A stretch of 32,000 nucleotides of DNA, taken from positions 150,001 to 182,000 of the forward strand of contig CAYHAA010000001.1 in NCBI GenBank assembly GCA_964354495.1. The letters are read 5' to 3'. Positions 24,637 to 32,000 of the stretch are shown here, in pieces; position 1 is the stretch's first letter; each line of letters opens with the position of its first letter. Source of the DNA: an uncultured archaeon (lineage in GTDB: Archaea; Asgardarchaeota; Thorarchaeia; Thorarchaeales; Thorarchaeaceae). The notes beneath the pieces were generated by a model that saw only the letters and a list, made by a program, of their open reading frames with translations, had not been told where the DNA came from and searched no databases. The translations under genes were made by a program, and so were the position numbers.

Positions 24637-27600
24637 CTACAGGGGATTCATTCCTACCTTTAGACTCAAGTCATCTATCTCCCAATCCTTGACATAGTGA
24701 TACTTACTCCAATCTGGTGCTTTCTCTGGACCTACAAGATTCAATGACTGAGCCCGCGTTTCGTTTATCAAATGTGTCTTGAACATCTCTGCCAGTTCGA
24801 CCGATTCATCATCAGAGAATTGAAGTACCAAGTCAATTGACTGCTCTACCTTGAGGTCTAGTTCCTTTCTCATGACTTGGACCCGCCTTGTCACATCTCT
24901 CACAAGCCCTTCAGCCTCTAGTTCCCTTGTTCGTGTCACATCAATGTAGACCTTGCCAAGCTTACTTTCAGCAAGGCTGAGATGGTCTGGGAGGCTCTCC
25001 ACAAACTCTAGGTCCCCGTCGAACAGTTTGAGTTTCTTCCCTGCGACAATGACTGCTGCCTTCCCTTTCTCCAAATCTGCACGGAGCTTGACCGCATTAG
25101 TTTCCTGAAGTGCTGTAACCAGTTGCTTCATCATGTCCTTGTATTTTGGACCGAGTGCCTTGTAGTTTGGCTTGATTGAGAGATGTGTGAATTCAGCCAT
25201 TACATCTGTTCGTTGCACCTCGAAGTGCCTAGTGTTGAGATCATCAAGCAAGAGATCCTTAAGGCTCTCAGCTCTCCTACTGGTTTCGTCATCTACAGCT
25301 ATGAGTATGACCTTCGCTACTGGGTGTCTCAGTTTGACACCCTTCTTGTTCCTAGCATGGCTTGAGGCGCTCCTGAGTTCTTGGAGCACGTCGAACGTTG
25401 ACTCCATTTCCTTGTCTATCATCTTGCCTACAGGCATTGGCATATCTGTCAAGTTGATAGACTCGGGAAGACCATCAGCGAACCTCACAAGAAAGTCCTT
25501 GTGGAGCTTCTCACACAGAAACGGAGTGAACGGGTTAAACGCTCTCAGAAAGGTCTGCAGTGTGTAATAGATGACATTGTATGCCGTCACTTTCTTTGGG
25601 TCCTCGCTGTCTAACCACACACGTTTTTTCACCAAGGGGAGGTACACTCTGCTGAGGTCCTCGGATATGAAATCAAGAAGGATTCGTCCTGCCTGATGCC
25701 ACAGATACTTTTTCATCTGTTCATGGTATTCCTTCACAACACTCTGGAGCCTGGACAGTATCCACCTGTCCTCTATATTCGCCTTAGGCAAGGACTTCAT
25801 CATTCGCTTCTCGTTGAACTTGAACTTGTCAAGATCCATGTAGGTCTCCGTGAAGAGCACAACATTCCAGAGAACATCCAGTTTCTTTCGAGTGAGGTCT
25901 ATCTCCTTTGAGTCATAGTTCATTCGAGACCATGATGCCGACCGAGTCAATACGAACACGCGGAATGGGTCCGCTCCTATGCTCGCAAATGCATCCCGTG
26001 CCCAGACGACATTTCCTCTTGATTTGCTCATCTTTCCCCCATCTTCGTCCAAGACATGCTCCTGACTCACGCATGCTTTGAAAGGTGCCTTGTCATGCAT
26101 GACAACTGAAGTATAGAGCAGGCTGTAGAACCATCCTCTTGACTGGTCCACTGCCTCCGTGATGAAGTCAAAAGGGAAGAGCTGCCCATGCAATGCTGGG
26201 TCCTTCAGATAGTCCAGGCTCGCAGTGTGTGCCATGCCTGAGTCAAGCCAGCAGTCTGTCACGAACTTCTCGCGATGCATCTTGCCCCCGCATTTCTCAC
26301 ACTTGAGAACGACATTGTCTGCCCAGGGTCTATGCATCTCAAAGTCCTTTGGCACTTTTATTGCATGTTCTTTCAGCTCCTTTCGGGAACCTATGACAAT
26401 CTCTGATTTGCAGTCATCGCAAATCCACACAGGTAGTGGGGAGCCCCAGACTCTGGATCGCGATATACACCAATCATCTGCATTTGCCACCCAATCCCCA
26501 AAACGACCTGTTCCTGCCCACTCTGGTGTCCACTCTACCATGCTGTTCTCCTTGACCAATCGTTCTCGTACTCCTGTCATCTTCAGGAACCATTGAGTCT
26601 TGTCCGCGAGGTAGATGAGAGGGGTGTCGCATCTCCAACAGTGAGGATACTCATGTTCCAGAGTCTCTTCATGGACAAGAAGTCCTTTCTTTTCAAGCAG
26701 CCTCGGAACCTCAGGGTTCGTATCAAAGACGAATCTTCCTTCGAACATGGGCACCTCTGACGTGAATTTCCCTGCACCTGTCACTGGCGCAAGAACTGGA
26801 ACCTCGAACTCCTTACCAACATTGAAGTCATCGGGTCCGAATCCAGGTGCCGTGTGCACAAGTCCCGTACCATCCTCTACAGTGACATGCGTACCCGTGA
26901 CCACCGCATGCATATATTTCTCCTCATGCTCCTGATGGAACGGAACCTCATCCTTGAATGGATGTTCGTATTTCCAGCCAAGCATTTTCTTGCCAAAGAC
27001 TGAGTCTACTATCTCATACGAGTCCTTCTTCGCCTTCCTCATTACATCTTCTACTCTGTCTTCGACAAGCCACCAGAGTTCGCCTTCGACCTTGACCTTC
27101 ACATACTTGTATTTTGGATGTACAGAAACCATCTCGTTTGAAATCAGAGTGAATGGAGTTGTGGTCCAGATGACCAAGTACTCATTCTCCTTATCCACTA
27201 GTTTGAACTTAACGTATATCGAAGGATCTGTTTTCATCATGTATCCCTGGGAAACCTCGTGCTCCGAGAGTGCTGTGACACATCGTGGGCAAATTGGATT
27301 GACCCGATATCCTCTGCCCAGCAGTCCCTTCTCGTTTGCGAGTTTTAGGAAATACCAGACATGTTCTATGTAGTCATCCCTTCGGGTCTGATAGGCTGAT
27401 GGATAGTCCAGCCAAAGACCTAGCCGAACTGAATCGTTGACCCATCTTTCTAGATAGAAATCTACTAGTTCCTTGCATTTCTTAACGAACACGTCCATTC
27501 CGATATCTGACCCGATGAGCCCCTTCTCTACTATACCCTCCTTCTTCTCGACTTCAAGTTCCACAGGGAGCCCCTGCATGTCCCATCCGCCGCGGCGCCA

Positions 27601-27834
27601 TACATTATAGCCTCGCATAGTCATGTACCTGATCTGCGCGTCTTTCATGGCTCGACCTCGAGCGTGTCCGACATGCATGAATCCATTTGTTGTAGGAGGG
27701 CCTTCAAGGAAGTTCCATCGAGGCCCCGTGCTTCTGAGTTCGAGTGTCTTGTCGTAGATTTTCTCTCTCTTCCAGAAATCAAGGACTTCTTCTTCCAGGG
27801 CAAGTGGTTCATATCGTTTCGGTAATGAGCTCAT
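24637..27834 (-). CDS. ileS: Isoleucine--tRNA ligase (archaeal/eukaryote type)
   Basis: EGPPTTNGFMHVGH, GWDMQGLPVE, WTTTPFTL, GTGLVHTAPGFG, DWCISRSRVWG, KMSKS. Confidence 0.97.
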   Translation of the reverse strand: MSSLPKRYEPLALEEEVLDFWKREKIYDKTLELRSTGPRWNFLEGPPTTNGFMHVGHARGRAMKDAQIRYMTMRGYNVWRRGGWDMQGLPVELEVEKKEGIVEKGLIGSDIGMDVFVKKCKELVDFYLERWVNDSVRLGLWLDYPSAYQTRRDDYIEHVWYFLKLANEKGLLGRGYRVNPICPRCVTALSEHEVSQGYMMKTDPSIYVKFKLVDKENEYLVIWTTTPFTLISNEMVSVHPKYKYVKVKVEGELWWLVEDRVEDVMRKAKKDSYEIVDSVFGKKMLGWKYEHPFKDEVPFHQEHEEKYMHAVVTGTHVTVEDGTGLVHTAPGFGPDDFNVGKEFEVPVLAPVTGAGKFTSEVPMFEGRFVFDTNPEVPRLLEKKGLLVHEETLEHEYPHCWRCDTPLIYLADKTQWFLKMTGVRERLVKENSMVEWTPEWAGTGRFGDWVANADDWCISRSRVWGSPLPVWICDDCKSEIVIGSRKELKEHAIKVPKDFEMHRPWADNVVLKCEKCGGKMHREKFVTDCWLDSGMAHTASLDYLKDPALHGQLFPFDFITEAVDQSRGWFYSLLYTSVVMHDKAPFKACVSQEHVLDEDGGKMSKSRGNVVWARDAFASIGADPFRVFVLTRSASWSRMNYDSKEIDLTRKKLDVLWNVVLFTETYMDLDKFKFNEKRMMKSLPKANIEDRWILSRLQSVVKEYHEQMKKYLWHQAGRILLDFISEDLSRVYLPLVKKRVWLDSEDPKKVTAYNVIYYTLQTFLRAFNPFTPFLCEKLHKDFLVRFADGLPESINLTDMPMPVGKMIDKEMESTFDVLQELRSASSHARNKKGVKLRHPVAKVILIAVDDETSRRAESLKDLLLDDLNTRHFEVQRTDVMAEFTHLSIKPNYKALGPKYKDMMKQLVTALQETNAVKLRADLEKGKAAVIVAGKKLKLFDGDLEFVESLPDHLSLAESKLGKVYIDVTRTRELEAEGLVRDVTRRVQVMRKELDLKVEQSIDLVLQFSDDESVELAEMFKTHLINETRAQSLNLVGPEKAPDWSKYHYVKDWEIDDLSLKVGMNPL

Positions 27835-28119
27835 CTCAGTGTCCTCTCAGGGTATTCATTGCTGGAATGGTCAGAAAGTGATTGATTGCCACCCTCCGCA
27901 GATGAGAACCATACATGTTCATCACTAGGTAATAGTGCTACTTGCCTAGTCGATTTGATAATCCATCCTTTCTCACCTGTAGGGAGCTCTCTAGACTCTC
28001 ATCTTCGACTTGGTTAAAAATCTTAGGCTAGGATAAATTGACCATCCTATAGGTCCAACCAAGATTTAATTGGTCACTCCGATAGGTTGTCCTGCAGAAA
28101 TAAGGCTGAGGTGTTCTGG

Positions 28120-28791
28120 ATGAGCGCTCTTGAAGATAGATCCTTCGACAAGCTTGCAGATATGGTAATCCAGGTTTTATGGCAAGACGCACTGGAAGTG
28201 TGGCAGGCAATTCGTCACAAAATGGATTCCGAAGATCCTGCTGCCGTCAAAACTGCTTTTGAAAGTGCCGTCACTAGATTTGTGAAGGGACCGCTCAATG
28301 ACCATACTGAAGTCCGATGGGGCATGAACCTATGTGTTCACTGCAATGATGATAATATTGAGAAGAACGGGATTGCCTATGTGCAGCCGAACGGTGATGG
28401 TCTTGAATTCAATCAGTGTCTGAATTGCAGAATAGCTATTCTCTATCGACTAGTGACTGCAAAAGCCACTCTTGACACCTACAGTATAGGCCTCGGCAAG
28501 CTTGGACAGTTCAATGGCGTGTCATTCTACTGGAATGCCATTGTGCCTGAGTCTATGAGGAAGTTTCTTCCCACTTACGAACTTGTAAAAGACGGTCAGT
28601 GGCTTGGCACGGTTTCAATTGATGAGAATCTCAAAGCCAAGTTCCTCCCCTTTGAGTCTATGACCGGAACGACTCCTCGCGGCGATATCTCTCCTTGGAC
28701 TCGCGAACTCCCTAGCACTGTTAAGGCTGCTGTCGATTCATTCCTCTCAGCCGCGAAATTTCAAGTTGAGGCCGCGTTGGCACTAAGGTAA
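28120..28791 (+). CDS. Hypothetical protein with two CxxC motifs
   Basis: GAGGTG precedes ATG 28120. CVHC and CLNC are 19 residues apart. No family recognised. Confidence 0.75.
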   Translation: MSALEDRSFDKLADMVIQVLWQDALEVWQAIRHKMDSEDPAAVKTAFESAVTRFVKGPLNDHTEVRWGMNLCVHCNDDNIEKNGIAYVQPNGDGLEFNQCLNCRIAILYRLVTAKATLDTYSIGLGKLGQFNGVSFYWNAIVPESMRKFLPTYELVKDGQWLGTVSIDENLKAKFLPFESMTGTTPRGDISPWTRELPSTVKAAVDSFLSAAKFQVEAALALR

Positions 28792-28813
28792 GCTTATGCA
28801 TGAGGAATAGAAC

Positions 28814-29122
28814 ATGGTGGAGAAATTGGTTCGAGACAAGATACCTGAAATCATTCGGGAAAAGGGATCTATTCCTGAAGTGCGTGTTGCAACTTCTCGC
28901 GAGCTCGACCGCTTTCTGAGGGCTAAAATCGTCGAGGAGGCTCAGGAGTTCCTTGAGTCAGGGGACTCTGAGGAGATTGTTGATATTCTTGAAGCGGTGG
29001 ATGCTTTGCTTGATCTTCGAAAGACTGACCGGGCTATGCTGGATCTCCAGCGCGAAACCAAGAGACTGTTTAGGGGCGGCTTCAAGCAAGGGTACATCCT
29101 CATGCAAGACCCAGACATTTAG
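28814..29122 (+). CDS. MazG-like/PRA-PH all-alpha NTP pyrophosphohydrolase
   Basis: KLVRDKIPEII...KIVEEAQEFL...EEIVDILEAV...RGGFKQG pattern. Confidence 0.88.
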   Translation: MVEKLVRDKIPEIIREKGSIPEVRVATSRELDRFLRAKIVEEAQEFLESGDSEEIVDILEAVDALLDLRKTDRAMLDLQRETKRLFRGGFKQGYILMQDPDI

Positions 29123-29248
29123 TGCACGAGAGCTCACTCTACATACTCTGAAACATCTGACAAAGGTTATATTCTTCATCCTACGCGTTCGACCATCAGA
29201 TACCACCCTGTCCAGTGGTGGTAATATTGGATCAAGGAGCTAATACGC

Positions 29249-30895
29249 ATGGCCACAGATGATATAAAACCGGTACCTGAGGAGCCAGTCGGGCACACGG
29301 AAAGTGACCTCTCGAGGTATCATGTTCAGAAATATCCTGTAAGGGAGCTCCCCTATACAACTCAATCTATTTGTCCTGAGTGTTTCCTTACTGATGACGA
29401 GGTTCATGTCATCGATGCAACTCTGTACGAGGAAAATGGCAAGGTAATGTACAAGAAGACTTGTGAGAAACACGGGGAGTTCATTGATGTTTATTGGGGC
29501 GACGTTGAAATGTTCAAGAGAGCACAGACTTGGTGGTACAAGTCGGTAGGGCTAGACAACCCGCGAACAGAAACCGTGAAGGGTTGTCCAGAGGACTGCG
29601 GTCAATGTCCAGAGCACAAATCACACACAGCCCTGGCACTGGTAGATGTCACCAACCGATGCAACCTACGATGTCCGATCTGCTTTGCAGTCGCGGCTGA
29701 GGGTGGCAATATCTATGAACCCGAGCCGCAAGAGGTCTTTGACATGCTCAAGAACCTCCGGAGTAACCTGCCTGTTCCAGCCCCGGCAGTTCAATTTGCT
29801 GGGGGCGAACCCACTGTAAGCAAGAATCTTCCCCAGTACATCAAATGGGCAAAGCAGCTTGGTTTCAGACACGTTCAGATTGCGAGTAATGTAATTCGAA
29901 TTGGAAAAAGCAAGGAGTACCTCCAGGAACTGCGTAATGCAGGTCTCTCAACCATCTATATGCAGTTCGATGGTGTCACTCCCGGTCCTTATCTTGCAGC
30001 AAGAGGGACTGACCTGTTGCCTCTTAAGAAGCAGGCCATTCAGAATGCACGTGAGCTTGGCATGGAGTCACTCGTCTTAGTACCCACAGTGGTACGTGGC
30101 GTGAATGACGACCAACTAGGTGATATTGTCCAGTTTGCCGTGGATAATCATGATGTTATTCGCTGCGTGAATTTTCAGCCAGTGAGTATTACTGGTCGAA
30201 TCGATCATAAAGCTCGACACGAGATGCGCATCACAATACCTGATGCCATCCATCTCATCGAAAAGCAGACAGGCGGCAAGATTCCTGCCAGCGAGTGGTA
30301 TCCAGTTCCCTCTATGATGCCAGTCGGTCGTGCCCTTGGCATGATTAAGGGCGGTCCTGAGCTGGAGCTCAGCTCACATTTTGCCTGCGGTATGTCCACT
30401 TTCATCTTCATCGATGAAGATGGCAGCTACAAGCCAATCACCGAGGTCATTGATGTTGATAGTTTTTTGGTGCTTCTAGAGGAGATAGCTAATCTCTATG
30501 CTGACCAGAAGACAGCTGCTAGCGCACGTGCAAAAGCCAAGTTGGCTGCGGGTGTGCGGCACATCAAGAAGAAGGGTATTCTCAAGGATTTGCTCTCCGC
30601 ATTCCTCAAACGTGGAAACTATGACTCACTTGCGAAGTTCATGCGACGCGTGATCATGCTTGGAATGATGCACTTCCAAGACCCTTACAACTTCGACCTG
30701 GAGCGCGTCCAACACTGCGACGTTAACTACGCAGTACCTGATGGCAGAATCATTCCCTTCTGCACTATGAACACAATTCATAGGTCACGAGTGGAAGAGA
30801 AGTTCTCAAAGCCTATCGAGGAGTGGCGCAAAGGTCACAAACCAACTCAGGTAGAAGAAGAAAGTATCAGCAGACCCTACAAGAGTGGTCAGTGA
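29249..30895 (+). CDS. tes: Tetraether (GDGT) lipid synthase, radical SAM (MJ0619/GDGT-MAS family)
   Basis: N-terminal SICPEC...KTCEKHG, CPEDCGQCPEH, radical SAM motif CNLRCPIC, FAGGEPT, FQPVSITGR, and C-terminal MHFQDPYNFDLERVQHC...IIPFCTMN. Confidence 0.88.
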   Translation: MATDDIKPVPEEPVGHTESDLSRYHVQKYPVRELPYTTQSICPECFLTDDEVHVIDATLYEENGKVMYKKTCEKHGEFIDVYWGDVEMFKRAQTWWYKSVGLDNPRTETVKGCPEDCGQCPEHKSHTALALVDVTNRCNLRCPICFAVAAEGGNIYEPEPQEVFDMLKNLRSNLPVPAPAVQFAGGEPTVSKNLPQYIKWAKQLGFRHVQIASNVIRIGKSKEYLQELRNAGLSTIYMQFDGVTPGPYLAARGTDLLPLKKQAIQNARELGMESLVLVPTVVRGVNDDQLGDIVQFAVDNHDVIRCVNFQPVSITGRIDHKARHEMRITIPDAIHLIEKQTGGKIPASEWYPVPSMMPVGRALGMIKGGPELELSSHFACGMSTFIFIDEDGSYKPITEVIDVDSFLVLLEEIANLYADQKTAASARAKAKLAAGVRHIKKKGILKDLLSAFLKRGNYDSLAKFMRRVIMLGMMHFQDPYNFDLERVQHCDVNYAVPDGRIIPFCTMNTIHRSRVEEKFSKPIEEWRKGHKPTQVEEESISRPYKSGQ

Positions 30896-30908
30896 GATAC
30901 TGCTTCGA

Positions 30909-30960
30909 AGGTGTGTTGCGGCTATTCAGCCAAGAGCTGCACACCTCCTCTTCTTTCTCG
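30909..30960 (+). terminator. Stem-loop plus pyrimidine tract after tes
   Basis: AGGTGTG 30909-15/CACACCT 30940-46 enclosing GGCT-ATTC-AGCC, followed by CCTCTTCTTTCTC. Confidence 0.4.
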
Positions 30961-31260
30961 ATTGGTCAATACACGGACCAGATTCTAACGCATCAAAACC
31001 ACTGCTTGCCGAAAAACACTACCATGCTGCATCACTGCATTTACTCGTTTCATGTTGGATTATATGACATTAAGGTACTACATGAATGACTTAACAAATA
31101 ACCGAGCCATGCCATGAATGCTCGTAACATTGTCCTTCAAAATGCCATACGCGCCAATTCTATTGCATTATTCCACCCTGTTTTGGCAGATTTGGCACCT
31201 TGGTACGGAAACTTAAACATAACATAAACTCTCGAATTGAGTTTCTACACCGAGGCAAAC

Positions 31261-31268
31261 TTTAATAA
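31261..31268 (+). promoter_or_regulatory. Orphan TATA box with upstream inverted repeat
   Basis: TTTAATAA preceded by AAAC, with AAACTC-N7-GAGTTT at 31226-31244. No long + strand ORF follows. Confidence 0.45.
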
Positions 31269-31289
31269 GTGACCTCTGATATTATCCTA

Positions 31290-31418
31290 GCATGGAGGAC
31301 AAAGGGCAAGATTTCCCTCCATGCAAAGAAACATCGGCGAGTGTGTGGGCTAGTTTTTCGTTACATGCCCTCAATTACGAAACTCCCCCCTCCTACCACG
31401 ATTTCCCGCATGCTCGCC
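31290..31418 (+). ncRNA. Candidate structured small RNA (~130 nt)
   Basis: Perfect 9-bp stem 31290-98/31316-24, 14-bp stem 31336-49/31405-18 with three G-U pairs on + (A-C mismatches on -), and inner stem 31352-61/31377-84. Starts about 25 nt after the TATA box. Confidence 0.5.
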
Positions 31419-31448
31419 ACCTCATTCTCCTATCGCTATCTTGCCTGT

Positions 31449-32000
31449 TTATTTTCTGTGAAGGAATTCAAAGAATTCTGCAATCCCCTGAACATGATCT
31501 CCTAGTATGATAATGTGATGATTCGCTAATGACTCCTCCAGGAAATAATCAACAGGCTCGTCCATCGCAACTCTGATTTGAGTTCTACATCCGCTATCAT
31601 TCACTAGGTTTTCAATGATGGTACCGCTAGAGACCCAGTACTCACCTAGATCTTCACCAAACACCTTGAAGACTGTCACTTCAGTGAGCGGCAGTCTTCC
31701 TCGAATACCCACACTCTTTCCGGTTTCAAAATGGTTGGTTATCTCGTATCCCTGGGTCTGACTCAGCGGTACTGTGCAATGTGCGAATACTGCCGTGTTC
31801 AGTTCCAAGTCCACACTTGCGACGTTTGCCATGAATGAGGGTAGACCCGTAATCATCTTGGCTAGCAGCATCGTGAAGGTCGCAGGAATGTCTCCTTCAC
31901 ATCCTGCCACTGATCTTTTCACATCATTAAGGTAGGACAGAGCAACACACCCAGATATGCCCGTTTCTTGAAGCAGCGTGAAACACTGGACGGTGACAGC
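31449..32000 (-). CDS. L-fucose/L-arabinose isomerase-like protein, C-terminal part (runs off the window)
   Basis: Frame open to base 32000: AVTVQCFTLL...GCVALSYLND...GCEGDIPATFTM...FMAN...FAHCTVP...HFETG...NHHIIILGD. Confidence 0.85.
   Translation of the reverse strand, partial: AVTVQCFTLLQETGISGCVALSYLNDVKRSVAGCEGDIPATFTMLLAKMITGLPSFMANVASVDLELNTAVFAHCTVPLSQTQGYEITNHFETGKSVGIRGRLPLTEVTVFKVFGEDLGEYWVSSGTIIENLVNDSGCRTQIRVAMDEPVDYFLEESLANHHIIILGDHVQGIAEFFEFLHRK

Noticed and set aside
1-32000. CRISPR arrays, transposases/IS ends, rRNA, SRP RNA, and the many remaining 60-160 aa track ORFs
   Set aside because: No regularly spaced repeats or diagnostic motifs seen by eye. The remaining short ORFs overlap well-supported genes in other frames or strands.

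Overview
Archaeal chromosomal window, most likely Asgard (Thorarchaeia-like). The assignment is inferred from a divergent EF-2 paralog, a stand-alone roadblock protein, two small GTPases, the PoK/PPS route to CoA and tetraether synthase. Contents in order: SSB, nucleoside N-glycosidase with Zn ribbon, EamA, rtcB, a small GTPase-wHTH / TPR / large surface caspase-fold (C25-like) protein / roadblock run, a CoA cluster (coaBC, hypothetical, pok, pps, panE), MBL hydrolase, class V PLP enzyme, MglA-like GTPase, creatininase, tRNA-Gln(CUG), SAM methyltransferase, aEF-2 paralog, M20 peptidase, ileS, Zn-motif hypothetical, MazG-like protein, tes, and a partial fucose-isomerase-like gene. The main result lies in the apparently empty stretch upstream of rtcB (3766-4144, + strand). 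It can be hand-folded into the P1-P2-P3-P4-P5 skeleton of an RNase P RNA, with the P4 pseudoknot and bulged U intact but the near-invariant GAGGAA changed to GGGGCU. A second structured RNA candidate lies at 31290-31418. All folds were done by eye and no database searches were run. No mobile element or CRISPR array was seen.
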